Positions 35,301 to 50,300 of a stretch of DNA of 64,000 bases are shown piece by piece. This stretch comes from Macrostomum hystrix (taxonomy: Eukaryota; Animalia; Platyhelminthes). Where the stretch lies: contig CATNEN010000012.1 of NCBI GenBank assembly GCA_950097015.1, forward strand, positions 2,914,001 through 2,978,000. Direction: 5' to 3'. Made by a program: the position numbers and the translations under genes. Every line of letters starts with the position of its first letter. Position 1 is the first letter of the stretch. The notes beneath the pieces are model-generated. The model did no database searches. It saw only the letters and a list, made by a program, of their open reading frames with translations, and was not told the DNA's origin.

Positions 35301-38300
35301 CCTCAGATTCTGTCCCATACCCTCTGATTCTGTGTCCCATACCCTCTGATTCTGTGTCCCATACCCTATAATTCTGTGTCCCATACCCTCAGATTCTGTG
35401 TCCCATACCCTCAGATTCTGTGTCCCACACCCTCAGATTCTGTCCCATACCCTCAGATTCTGTGTCCCATACCCTCTGATTCTGTGTCCCATACCCTCAG
35501 ATTCTGTGTCCCATACCCTCAGATTCTGTGTCCCATACCCTCTGATTCTGTGTCCCATACCCTCAGATTCTGTGTCCCACACCCTCAGATTCTGTCCCAT
35601 ACCCTCAGATTCTGTGTCCCATACCCTCTGATTCTGTGTCCCATACCCTCAGATTCTGTGTCCCATACCCTCAGATTCTGTGTCCCATACCCTCAGATTC
35701 TGTGTCCCATACCCTCTGATTCTGTGTCCCATACCCTATAATTCTGTGTCCCATACCCTCAGATTCTGTGTCCCATACCCTATAATTCTGTGTCCCATAC
35801 CCTCAGATTCTGTGTCCCACACCCTCAGATTCTGTGTCCCATACCCTCAGATTCTGTGTCCCATACCCTCAGATTCTGTGTCCCATACCCTCAGATTCTG
35901 TGTCCCACACCCTCAGATTCTGTGTCCCATACCCTCAGATTCTGTGTCCCATACCCTCTGATTCTGTGTCCCATACCCTCTGATTCTGTCCCATACCCTC
36001 AGATTCTGTGTCCCATACCCTCTAATTCTGTCCCATACCCTCTGATTCTGTGTCCCATACCCTCTGATTCTGTGTCCCATACCCTCTGATTCTGTGTCCC
36101 ATACCCTCTGATTCTGTGTCCCATACCCTATAATTCTGTGTCCCATACCCTCAGATTCTGTGTCCCATACCCTCAGATTCTGTGTCCCATACCCTCTGAT
36201 TCTGTGTCCCATACCCTATAATTCTGTGTCCCATACCCTCAGATTCTGTGTCCCATACCCTCAGATTCTGTCCCATACCCTCAGATTCTGTGTCCCATAC
36301 CCTCTGATTCTGTGTCCCATACCCTATAATTCTGTGTCCCATACCCTCAGATTCTGTGTCCCATACCCTCAGATTCTGTGTCCCATACCCTCTGATTCTG
36401 TGTCCCATACCCTCTGATTCTGTGTCCCATACCCTATAATTCTGTGTCCCATACCCTCAGATTCTGTGTCCCATACCCTCAGATTCTGTGTCCCATACCC
36501 TCAGATTCTGTGTCCCATACCCTCTGATTCTGTGTCCCATACCCTCTGATTCTGTGTCCCATACCCTCTGATTCTGTGTCCCATACCCTCTGATTCTGTG
36601 TCCCATACCCTATAATTCTGTGTCCCATACCCTCAGATTCTGTGTCCCATACCCTCAGATTCTGTGTCCCACACCCTCAGATTCTGTCCCATACCCTCAG
36701 ATTCTGTGTCCCATACCCTCTGATTCTGTGTCCCATACCCTCAGATTCTGTGTCCCATACCCTCAGATTCTGTGTCCCACACCCTCAGATTCTGTCCCAT
36801 ACCCTCAGATTCTGTGTCCCATACCCTCTGATTCTGTGTCCCATACCCTCAGATTCTGTGTCCCACACCCTCAGATTCTGTCCCATACCCTCAGATTCTG
36901 TGTCCCATACCCTCTGATTCTGTGTTCCATACCCTCAGATTCTGTGTCCCATACCCTCAGATTCTGTGTCCCATACCCTCTGATTCTGTGTCCCATACCC
37001 TCAGATTCTGTGTCCCACACCCTCAGATTCTGTGTCCCACAACCTCAGATTCTGTCCTACACCCTCAGATTCTGTCCCACACCCTCAGATTCTGTCCCAC
37101 ACCCTCAGATTCTGTGTCCCACACCCTCAGATTCTGTCCCACACCCTCAGATTCTGTCCCACACCCTCAGATTCTGTCCCACACCCTCAGATTCTGTCCC
37201 ACACCCTCAGATTCTGTCCCACACCCTCAGATTCTGTCCCACACCCTCAGATTCTGTGTCCCACACCCTCAGATTCTGTCCCACACCCTCAGATTCTGTG
37301 TCCCATACCCTCAGATTCTGTGTCCCATACCCTCAGATTCTGTCCCACACCCTCAGATTCTGTGTCCCATACCCTCAGATTCTGTGTCCCACACCCTCAG
37401 ATTCTGTGTCCCATATCCTCAGATTCTGTGTCCCATACCCTCAGATTCTGTGTCCCACACCCTCAGATTCTGTGTCCCATACCCTCTGATTATGTGTCCC
37501 ACACCCTCAGATTCTGTGTCCCATACCCTCAGATTCTGTCCCATACCCTCAGATTCTGTGTCCCATACCCTCTGATTCTGTGTCCCATACCCTCTGATTC
37601 TGTGTCCCATACCCTATAATTCTGTGTCCCATACCCTCAGATTCTGTGTCCCATACCCTCAGATTCTGTCCCACACCCTCAGATTCTGTGTCCCATACCC
37701 TCAGATTCTGTGTCCCATACCCTCTGATTCTGTGTCCCATACCCTATAATTCTGTGTCCCATACCCTCAGATTCTGTGTCCCATACCCTCAGATTCTGTC
37801 CCACACCCTCAGATTCTGTGTCCCATACCCTCTGATTCTGTCCCATACCCTCAGATTCTGTGTCCCATACCCTCTGATTCTGTCCCATACCCTCTGATTC
37901 TGTGTCCCATACCCTCTGATTCTGTGTCCCATACCCTCTGATTCTGTGTCCCATACCCTCTGATTCTGTGTCCCATACCCTATAATTCTGTGTCCCATAC
38001 CCTCAGATTCTGTGTCCCATACCCTCAGATTCTGTGTCCCATACCCTCTGATTCTGTGTCCCATACCCTATAATTCTGTGTCCCATACCCTCAGATTCTG
38101 TGTCCCATACCCTCAGATTCTGTCCCATACCCTCAGATTCTGTGTCCCATACCCTCTGATTCTGTGTCCCATACCCTATAATTCTGTGTCCCATACCCTC
38201 AGATTCTGTGTCCCATACCCTCAGATTCTGTGTCCCATACCCTCAGATTCTGTGTCCCATACCCTCTGATTCTGTGTCCCATACCCTCTGATTCTGTGTC

Positions 38301-41300
38301 CCATACCCTCTGATTCTGTGTCCCATACCCTCTGATTCTGTGTCCCATACCCTATAATTCTGTGTCCCATACCCTCAGATTCTGTGTCCCATACCCTCAG
38401 ATTCTGTGTCCCACACCCTCAGATTCTGTCCCATACCCTCAGATTCTGTGTCCCATACCCTCTGATTCTGTGTCCCATACCCTCTGATTCTGTGTCCCAT
38501 ACCCTCAGATTCTGTGTCCCATACCCTCAGATTCTGTGTCCCATACCCTCTGATTCTGTGTCCCATACCCTCAGATTCTGTGTCCCACACCCTCAGATTC
38601 TGTCCCATACCCTCAGATTCTGTGTCCCATACCCTCTGATTCTGTGTCCCATACCCTCAGATTCTGTGTCCCATACCCTCAGATTCTGTGTCCCATACCC
38701 TCAGATTCTGTGTCCCATACCCTCTGATTCTGTGTCCCATACCCTATAATTCTGTGTCCCATACCCTCAGATTCTGTGTCCCATACCCTATAATTCTGTG
38801 TCCCATACCCTCAGATTCTGTGTCCCACACCCTCAGATTCTGTGTCCCATACCCTCAGATTCTGTGTCCCATACCCTCAGATTCTGTGTCCCATACCCTC
38901 AGATTCTGTGTCCCACACCCTCAGATTCTGTGTCCCATACCCTCAGATTCTGTGTCCCATACCCTCTGATTCTGTGTCCCATACCCTCTGATTCTGTCCC
39001 ATACCCTCAGATTCTGTGTCCCATACCCTCTAATTCTGTCCCATACCCTCTGATTCTGTGTCCCATACCCTCTGATTCTGTGTCCCATACCCTCTGATTC
39101 TGTGTCCCATACCCTCTGATTCTGTGTCCCATACCCTATAATTCTGTGTCCCATACCCTCAGATTCTGTGTCCCATACCCTCAGATTCTGTGTCCCATAC
39201 CCTCTGATTCTGTGTCCCATACCCTATAATTCTGTGTCCCATACCCTCAGATTCTGTGTCCCATACCCTCAGATTCTGTCCCATACCCTCAGATTCTGTG
39301 TCCCATACCCTCTGATTCTGTGTCCCATACCCTCTGATTCTGTGTCCCATACCCTCAGATTCTGTGTCCCATACCCTCAGATTCTGTGTCCCATACCCTC
39401 TGATTCTGTGTCCCATACCCTCTGATTCTGTGTCCCATACCCTATAATTCTGTGTCCCATACCCTCAGATTCTGTGTCCCATACCCTCAGATTCTGTGTC
39501 CCATACCCTCAGATTCTGTGTCCCATACCCTCTGATTCTGTGTCCCATACCCTCTGATTCTGTGTCCCATACCCTCTGATTCTGTGTCCCATACCCTCTG
39601 ATTCTGTGTCCCATACCCTATAATTCTGTGTCCCATACCCTCAGATTCTGTGTCCCATACCCTCAGATTCTGTGTCCCACACCCTCAGATTCTGTCCCAT
39701 ACCCTCAGATTCTGTGTCCCATACCCTCTGATTCTGTGTCCCATACCCTCAGATTCTGTGTCCCACACCCTCAGATTCTGTCCCACACCCTCAGATTCTG
39801 TCCCACACCCTCAGATTCTGTCCCACACCCTCAGATTCTGTCCCACACCCTCAGATTCTGTCCCACACCCTCAGATTCTGTCCCACACCCTCAGATTCTG
39901 TGTCCCACACCCTCAGATTCTGTCCCACACCCTCAGATTCTGTGTCCCATACCCTCAGATTCTGTGTCCCATACCCTCAGATTCTGTCCCACACCCTCAG
40001 ATTCTGTGTCCCATACCCTCAGATTCTGTGTCCCACACCCTCAGATTCTGTGTCCCATATCCTCAGATTCTGTGTCCCATACCCTCAGATTCTGTGTCCC
40101 ACACCCTCAGATTCTGTGTCCCATACCCTCTGATTATGTGTCCCACACCCTCAGATTCTGTGTCCCATACCCTCAGATTCTGTCCCATACCCTCAGATTC
40201 TGTGTCCCATACCCTCTGATTCTGTGTCCCATACCCTCTGATTCTGTGTCCCATACCCTATAATTCTGTGTCCCATACCCTCAGATTCTGTGTCCCATAC
40301 CCTCAGATTCTGTCCCACACCCTCAGATTCTGTGTCCCATACCCTCAGATTCTGTGTCCCATACCCTCTGATTCTGTGTCCCATACCCTATAATTCTGTG
40401 TCCCATACCCTCAGATTCTGTGTCCCATACCCTCAGATTCTGTCCCACACCCTCAGATTCTGTGTCCCATACCCTCTGATTCTGTCCCATACCCTCAGAT
40501 TCTGTGTCCCATACCCTCTGATTCTGTCCCATACCCTCTGATTCTGTGTCCCATACCCTCTGATTCTGTGTCCCATACCCTCTGATTCTGTGTCCCATAC
40601 CCTCTGATTCTGTGTCCCATACCCTATAATTCTGTGTCCCATACCCTCAGATTCTGTGTCCCATACCCTCAGATTCTGTGTCCCATACCCTCTGATTCTG
40701 TGTCCCATACCCTATAATTCTGTGTCCCATACCCTCAGATTCTGTGTCCCATACCCTCAGATTCTGTCCCATACCCTCAGATTCTGTGTCCCATACCCTC
40801 TGATTCTGTGTCCCATACCCTATAATTCTGTGTCCCATACCCTCAGATTCTGTGTCCCATACCCTCAGATTCTGTGTCCCATACCCTCAGATTCTGTGTC
40901 CCATACCCTCTGATTCTGTGTCCCATACCCTCTGATTCTGTGTCCCATACCCTCTGATTCTGTGTCCCATACCCTCTGATTCTGTGTCCCATACCCTATA
41001 ATTCTGTGTCCCATACCCTCAGATTCTGTGTCCCATACCCTCAGATTCTGTGTCCCACACCCTCAGATTCTGTCCCATACCCTCAGATTCTGTGTCCCAT
41101 ACCCTCTGATTCTGTGTCCCATACCCTCAGATTCTGTGTCCCATACCCTCAGATTCTGTCCCATACCCTCAGATTCTGTGTCCCATACCCTCTGATTCTG
41201 TGTCCCATACCCTATAATTCTGTGTCCCATACCCTCAGATTCTGTGTCCCATACCCTCAGATTCTGTCCCATACCCTCAGATTCTGTGTCCCATACCCTC

Positions 41301-44300
41301 TGATTCTGTGTCCCATACCCTATAATTCTGTGTCCCATACCCTCAGATTCTGTGTCCCATACCCTCAGATTCTGTGTCCCATACCCTCTGATTCTGTGTC
41401 CCATACCCTCTGATTCTGTGTCCCATACCCTATAATTCTGTGTCCCATACCCTCAGATTCTGTGTCCCATACCCTCTGATTCTGTGTCCCATACCCTCTG
41501 ATTCTGTGTCCCATACCCTATAATTCTGTGTCCCATACCCTCAGATTCTGTGTCCCATACCCTCAGATTCTGTGTCCCACACCCTCAGATTCTGTGTCCC
41601 ATACCCTCAGATTCTGTGTCCCATACCCTCTGATTCTGTGTCCCATACCCTCAGATTCTGTGTCCCATACCCTCAGATTCTGTCCCATACCCTCTGATTC
41701 TGTGTCCCATACCCTCTGATTCTGTGTCCCATACCCTATAATTCTGTGTCCCATACCCTCAGATTCTGTGTCCCATACCCTCAGATTCTGTGTCCCACAC
41801 CCTCAGATTCTGTCCCATACCCTCAGATTCTGTGTCCCATACCCTCTGATTCTGTGTCCCATACCCTCAGATTCTGTGTCCCATACCCTCAGATTCTGTG
41901 TCCCATACCCTCTGATTCTGTGTCCCATACCCTCAGATTCTGTGTCCCACACCCTCAGATTCTGTCCCATACCCTCAGATTCTGTGTCCCATACCCTCTG
42001 ATTCTGTGTCCCATACCCTCAGATTCTGTGTCCCATACCCTCAGATTCTGTGTCCCATACCCTCAGATTCTGTGTCCCATACCCTCTGATTCTGTGTCCC
42101 ATACCCTATAATTCTGTGTCCCATACCCTCAGATTCTGTGTCCCATACCCTATAATTCTGTGTCCCATACCCTCAGATTCTGTGTCCCATACCCTCAGAT
42201 TCTGTGTCCCACACCCTCAGATTCTGTGTCCCATACCCTCAGATTCTGTGTCCCATACCCTCAGATTCTGTGTCCCATACCCTCAGATTCTGTGTCCCAC
42301 ACCCTCAGATTCTGTGTCCCATACCCTCAGATTCTGTGTCCCATACCCTCTGATTCTGTGTCCCATACCCTCTGATTCTGTGTCCCATACCCTATAATTC
42401 TGTGTCCCATACCCTCAGATTCTGTGTCCCATACCCTCAGATTCTGTGTCCCACACCCTCAGATTCTGTGTCCCATACCCTCTGATTCTGTGTCCCATAC
42501 CCTCTGATTCTGTGTCCCATACCCTCTGATTCTGTGTCCCATACCCTCTGATTCTGTGTCCCATACCCTATAATTCTGTGTCCCATACCCTCAGATTCTG
42601 TGTCCCATACCCTCAGATTCTGTGTCCCACACCCTCAGATTCTGTCCCATACCCTCAGATTCTGTGTCCCATACCCTCTGATTCTGTGTCCCATACCCTC
42701 AGATTCTGTGTCCCATACCCTCAGATTCTGTGTCCCACACCCTCAGATTCTGTCCCATACCCTCAGATTCTGTGTCCCATACCCTCTGATTCTGTGTCCC
42801 ATACCCTCAGATTCTGTGTCCCACACCCTCAGATTCTGTCCCATACCCTCAGATTCTGTGTCCCATACCCTCTGATTCTGTGTCCCATACCCTCAGATTC
42901 TGTGTCCCATACCCTCAGATTCTGTGTCCCATACCCTCAGATTCTGTGTCCCATACCCTCTGATTCTGTGTCCCATACCCTATAATTCTGTGTCCCATAC
43001 CCTCAGATTCTGTGTCCCATACCCTATAATTCTGTGTCCCACACCCTCAGATTCTGTGTCCCATACCCTCTGATTATGTGTCCCACACCCTCAGATTCTG
43101 TGTCCCATACCCTCAGATTCTGTCCCATACCCTCAGATTCTGTGTCCCATACCCTCTGATTCTGTGTCCCATACCCTCTGATTCTGTGTCCCATACCCTA
43201 TAATTCTGTGTCCCATACCCTCAGATTCTGTGTCCCATACCCTCAGATTCTGTCCCACACCCTCAGATTCTGTGTCCCATACCCTCAGATTCTGTGTCCC
43301 ATACCCTCTGATTCTGTGTCCCATACCCTCAGATTCTGTGTCCCATACCCTCAGATTCTGTGTCCCATACCCTCAGATTCTGTCCCACACCCTCAGATTC
43401 TGTGTCCCATACCCTCTGATTCTGTCCCATACCCTCAGATTCTGTGTCCCATACCCTCTAATTCTGTCCCATACCCTCTGATTCTGTGTCCCATACCCTC
43501 TGATTCTGTGTCCCATACCCTCTGATTCTGTGTCCCATACCCTCTGATTCTGTGTCCCATACCCTATAATTCTGTGTCCCATACCCTCAGATTCTGTGTC
43601 CCATACCCTCAGATTCTGTGTCCCATACCCTCTGATTCTGTTTCCCATACCCTATAATTCTGTGTCCCATACCCTCAGATTCTGTGTCCCATACCCTCAG
43701 ATTCTGTCCCATACCCTCAGATTCTGTGTCCCATACCCTCTGATTCTGTGTCCCATACCCTATAATTCTGTGTCCCATACCCTCAGATTCTGTGTCCCAT
43801 ACCCTCAGATTCTGTGTCCCATACCCTCTGATTCTGTGTCCCATACCCTCTGATTCTGTGTCCCATACCCTATAATTCTGTGTCCCATACCCTCAGATTC
43901 TGTGTCCCATACCCTCAGATTCTGTGTCCCATACCCTCAGATTCTGTGTCCCATACCCTCTGATTCTGTGTCCCATACCCTCTGATTCTGTGTCCCATAC
44001 CCTCTGATTCTGTGTCCTATACCCTCTGATTCTGTGTCCCATACCCTATAATTCTGTGTCCCATACCCTCAGATTCTGTGTCCCATACCCTCAGATTCTG
44101 TGTCCCACACCCTCAGATTCTGTCCCATACCCTCAGATTCTGTGTCCCATACCCTCTGATTCTGTGTCCCATACCCTCAGATTCTGTGTCCCATACCCTC
44201 AGATTCTGTGTCCCACACCCTCAGATTCTGTCCCATACCCTCAGATTCTGTGTCCCATACCCTCTGATTCTGTGTCCCATACCCTCAGATTCTGTGTCCC

Positions 44301-47300
44301 ACACCCTCAGATTCTGTCCCATACCCTCAGATTCTGTGTCCCATACCCTCTGATTCTGTGTCCCATACCCTCAGATTCTGTGTCCCATACCCTCAGATTC
44401 TGTGTCCCATACCCTCTGATTCTGTGTCCCATACCCTATAATTCTGTGTCCCATACGCTCAGATTCTGTGTCCCACACCCTCAGATTCTGTGTCCCACAA
44501 CCTCAGATTCTGTCCCACACCCTCAGATTCTGTCCCACACCCTCAGATTCTGTCCCACACCCTCAGATTCTGTGTCCCACACCCTCAGATTCTGTCCCAC
44601 ACCCTCAGATTCTGTCCCACACCCTCAGATTCTGTCCCACACCCTCAGATTCTGTCCCACACCCTCAGATTCTGTCCCACACCCTCAGATTCTGTCCCAC
44701 ACCCTCAGATTCTGTCCCACACCCTCAGATTCTGTGTCCCACACCCTCAGATTCTGTCCCACACCCTCAGATTCTGTCCCACACCCTCAGATTCTGTGTC
44801 CCATACCCTCAGATTCTGTGTCCCACACCCTCAGATTCTGTGTCCCATATCCTCAGATTCTGTGTCCCATACCCTCAGATTCTGTGTCCCACACCCTCAG
44901 ATTCTGTGTCCCATACCCTCTGATTATGTGTCCCACACCCTCAGATTCTGTGTCCCATACCCTCAGATTCTGTCCCATACCCTCAGATTCTGTGTCCCAT
45001 ACCCTCTGATTCTGTGTCCCATACCCTCTGATTCTGTGTCCCATACCCTATAATTCTGTGTCCCATACCCTCAGATTCTGTGTCCCATACCCTCAGATTC
45101 TGTCCCACACCCTCAGATTCTGTGTCCCATACCCTCAGATTCTGTGTCCCATACCCTCTGATTCTGTGTCCCATACCCTCAGATTCTGTGTCCCATACCC
45201 TCAGATTCTGTGTCCCACACCCTCAGATTCTGTCCCATACCCTCAGATTCTGTGTCCCATACCCTCTGATTCTGTGTCCCATACCCTCAGATTCTGTGTC
45301 CCACACCCTCAGATTCTGTCCCATACCCTCAGATTCTGTGTCCCATACCCTCTGATTCTGTGTTCCATACCCTCAGATTCTGTGTCCCATACCCTCAGAT
45401 TCTGTGTCCCATACCCTCTGATTCTGTGTCCCATACCCTCAGATTCTGTGTCCCACACCCTCAGATTCTGTGTCCCACAACCTCAGATTCTGTCCTACAC
45501 CCTCAGATTCTGTCCCACACCCTCAGATTCTGTCCCACACCCTCAGATTCTGTGTCCCACACCCTCAGATTCTGTCCCACACCCTCAGATTCTGTCCCAC
45601 ACCCTCAGATTCTGTCCCACACCCTCAGATTCTGTCCCACACCCTCAGATTCTGTCCCACACCCTCAGATTCTGTCCCACACCCTCAGATTCTGTGTCCC
45701 ACACCCTCAGATTCTGTCCCACACCCTCAGATTCTGTGTCCCATACCCTCAGATTCTGTGTCCCATACCCTCAGATTCTGTCCCACACCCTCAGATTCTG
45801 TGTCCCATACCCTCAGATTCTGTGTCCCACACCCTCAGATTCTGTGTCCCATATCCTCAGATTCTGTGTCCCATACCCTCAGATTCTGTGTCCCACACCC
45901 TCAGATTCTGTGTCCCATACCCTCTGATTATGTGTCCCACACCCTCAGATTCTGTGTCCCATACCCTCAGATTCTGTCCCATACCCTCAGATTCTGTGTC
46001 CCATACCCTCTGATTCTGTGTCCCATACCCTCTGATTCTGTGTCCCATACCCTATAATTCTGTGTCCCATACCCTCAGATTCTGTGTCCCATACCCTCAG
46101 ATTCTGTCCCACACCCTCAGATTCTGTGTCCCATACCCTCAGATTCTGTGTCCCATACCCTCTGATTCTGTGTCCCATACCCTATAATTCTGTGTCCCAT
46201 ACCCTCAGATTCTGTGTCCCATACCCTCAGATTCTGTCCCACACCCTCAGATTCTGTGTCCCATACCCTCTGATTCTGTCCCATACCCTCAGATTCTGTG
46301 TCCCATACCCTCTGATTCTGTCCCATACCCTCTGATTCTGTGTCCCATACCCTCTGATTCTGTGTCCCATACCCTCTGATTCTGTGTCCCATACCCTCTG
46401 ATTCTGTGTCCCATACCCTATAATTCTGTGTCCCATACCCTCAGATTCTGTGTCCCATACCCTCAGATTCTGTGTCCCATACCCTCTGATTCTGTGTCCC
46501 ATACCCTATAATTCTGTGTCCCATACCCTCAGATTCTGTGTCCCATACCCTCAGATTCTGTCCCATACCCTCAGATTCTGTGTCCCATACCCTCTGATTC
46601 TGTGTCCCATACCCTATAATTCTGTGTCCCATACCCTCAGATTCTGTGTCCCATACCCTCAGATTCTGTGTCCCATACCCTCAGATTCTGTGTCCCATAC
46701 CCTCTGATTCTGTGTCCCATACCCTCTGATTCTGTGTCCCATACCCTCTGATTCTGTGTCCCATACCCTCTGATTCTGTGTCCCATACCCTATAATTCTG
46801 TGTCCCATACCCTCAGATTCTGTGTCCCATACCCTCAGATTCTGTGTCCCACACCCTCAGATTCTGTCCCATACCCTCAGATTCTGTGTCCCATACCCTC
46901 TGATTCTGTGTCCCATACCCTCAGATTCTGTGTCCCATACCCTCAGATTCTGTCCCATACCCTCAGATTCTGTGTCCCATACCCTCTGATTCTGTGTCCC
47001 ATACCCTATAATTCTGTGTCCCATACCCTCAGATTCTGTGTCCCATACCCTCAGATTCTGTCCCATACCCTCAGATTCTGTGTCCCATACCCTCTGATTC
47101 TGTGTCCCATACCCTATAATTCTGTGTCCCATACCCTCAGATTCTGTGTCCCACACCCTCAGATTCTGTCCCATACCCTCAGATTCTGTGTCCCATACCC
47201 TCTGATTCTGTGTCCCATACCCTCAGATTCTGTGTCCCACACCCTCAGATTCTGTCCCATACCCTCAGATTCTGTGTCCCATACCCTCTGATTCTGTGTC

Positions 47301-50300
47301 CCATACCCTCAGATTCTGTGTCCCATACCCTCAGATTCTGTGTCCCATACCCTCAGATTCTGTGTCCCATACCCTCTGATTCTGTGTCCCATACCCTATA
47401 ATTCTGTGTCCCATACCCTCAGATTCTGTGTCCCATACCCTATAATTCTGTGTCCCACACCCTCAGATTCTGTGTCCCATACCCTCTGATTATGTGTCCC
47501 ACACCCTCAGATTCTGTGTCCCATACCCTCAGATTCTGTCCCATACCCTCAGATTCTGTGTCCCATACCCTCTGATTCTGTGTCCCATACCCTCTGATTC
47601 TGTGTCCCATACCCTATAATTCTGTGTCCCATACCCTCAGATTCTGTGTCCCATACCCTCAGATTCTGTCCCACACCCTCAGATTCTGTGTCCCATACCC
47701 TCAGATTCTGTGTCCCATACCCTCTGATTCTGTGTCCCATACCCTCAGATTCTGTGTCCCATACCCTCAGATTCTGTGTCCCATACCCTCAGATTCTGTC
47801 CCACACCCTCAGATTCTGTGTCCCATACCCTCTGATTCTGTCCCATACCCTCAGATTCTGTGTCCCATACCCTCTAATTCTGTCCCATACCCTCTGATTC
47901 TGTGTCCCATACCCTCTGATTCTGTGTCCCATACCCTCTGATTCTGTGTCCCATACCCTCTGATTCTGTGTCCCATACCCTATAATTCTGTGTCCCATAC
48001 CCTCAGATTCTGTGTCCCATACCCTCAGATTCTGTGTCCCATACCCTCTGATTCTGTTTCCCATACCCTATAATTCTGTGTCCCATACCCTCAGATTCTG
48101 TGTCCCATACCCTCAGATTCTGTCCCATACCCTCAGATTCTGTGTCCCATACCCTCTGATTCTGTGTCCCATACCCTATAATTCTGTGTCCCATACCCTC
48201 AGATTCTGTGTCCCATACCCTCAGATTCTGTGTCCCATACCCTCTGATTCTGTGTCCCATACCCTCTGATTCTGTGTCCCATACCCTATAATTCTGTGTC
48301 CCATACCCTCAGATTCTGTGTCCCATACCCTCAGATTCTGTGTCCCATACCCTCAGATTCTGTGTCCCATACCCTCTGATTCTGTGTCCCATACCCTCTG
48401 ATTCTGTGTCCCATACCCTCTGATTCTGTGTCCTATACCCTCTGATTCTGTGTCCCATACCCTATAATTCTGTGTCCCATACCCTCAGATTCTGTGTCCC
48501 ATACCCTCAGATTCTGTGTCCCACACCCTCAGATTCTGTCCCATACCCTCAGATTCTGTGTCCCATACCCTCTGATTCTGTGTCCCATACCCTCAGATTC
48601 TGTGTCCCATACCCTCAGATTCTGTGTCCCACACCCTCAGATTCTGTCCCATACCCTCAGATTCTGTGTCCCATACCCTCTGATTCTGTGTCCCATACCC
48701 TCAGATTCTGTGTCCCACACCCTCAGATTCTGTCCCATACCCTCAGATTCTGTGTCCCATACCCTCTGATTCTGTGTCCCATACCCTCAGATTCTGTGTC
48801 CCATACCCTCAGATTCTGTGTCCCATACCCTCTGATTCTGTGTCCCATACCCTATAATTCTGTGTCCCATACGCTCAGATTCTGTGTCCCACACCCTCAG
48901 ATTCTGTGTCCCACAACCTCAGATTCTGTCCCACACCCTCAGATTCTGTCCCACACCCTCAGATTCTGTCCCACACCCTCAGATTCTGTGTCCCACACCC
49001 TCAGATTCTGTCCCACACCCTCAGATTCTGTCCCACACCCTCAGATTCTGTCCCACACCCTCAGATTCTGTCCCACACCCTCAGATTCTGTCCCACACCC
49101 TCAGATTCTGTCCCACACCCTCAGATTCTGTCCCACACCCTCAGATTCTGTGTCCCACACCCTCAGATTCTGTCCCACACCCTCAGATTCTGTCCCACAC
49201 CCTCAGATTCTGTGTCCCATACCCTCAGATTCTGTGTCCCACACCCTCAGATTCTGTGTCCCATATCCTCAGATTCTGTGTCCCATACCCTCAGATTCTG
49301 TGTCCCACACCCTCAGATTCTGTGTCCCATACCCTCTGATTATGTGTCCCACACCCTCAGATTCTGTGTCCCATACCCTCAGATTCTGTCCCATACCCTC
49401 AGATTCTGTGTCCCATACCCTCTGATTCTGTGTCCCATACCCTCTGATTCTGTGTCCCATACCCTATAATTCTGTGTCCCATACCCTCAGATTCTGTGTC
49501 CCATACCCTCAGATTCTGTCCCACACCCTCAGATTCTGTGTCCCATACCCTCAGATTCTGTGTCCCATACCCTCTGATTCTGTGTCCCATACCCTCAGAT
49601 TCTGTGTCCCATACCCTCAGATTCTGTGTCCCACACCCTCAGATTCTGTCCCATACCCTCAGATTCTGTGTCCCATACCCTCTGATTCTGTGTCCCATAC
49701 CCTCAGATTCTGTGTCCCACACCCTCAGATTCTGTCCCATACCCTCAGATTCTGTGTCCCATACCCTCTGATTCTGTGTTCCATACCCTCAGATTCTGTG
49801 TCCCATACCCTCAGATTCTGTGTCCCATACCCTCTGATTCTGTGTCCCATACCCTCAGATTCTGTGTCCCACACCCTCAGATTCTGTGTCCCACAACCTC
49901 AGATTCTGTCCTACACCCTCAGATTCTGTCCCACACCCTCAGATTCTGTCCCACACCCTCAGATTCTGTGTCCCACACCCTCAGATTCTGTGTCCCATAC
50001 CCTCTGATTCTGTGTCCCATACCCTATAATTCTGTGTCCCATACCCTCAGATTCTGTGTCCCATACCCTCAGATTCTGTGTCCCATACCCTCTGATTCTG
50101 TGTCCCATACCCTCTGATTCTGTGTCCCATACCCTATAATTCTGTGTCCCATACCCTCTGATTCTGTGTCCCATACCCTCTGATTCTGTGTCCCATACCC
50201 TATAATTCTGTGTCCCATACCCTCAGATTCTGTGTCCCATACCCTCAGATTCTGTGTCCCATACCCTCAGATTCTGTCCCACACCCTCAGATTCTGTGTC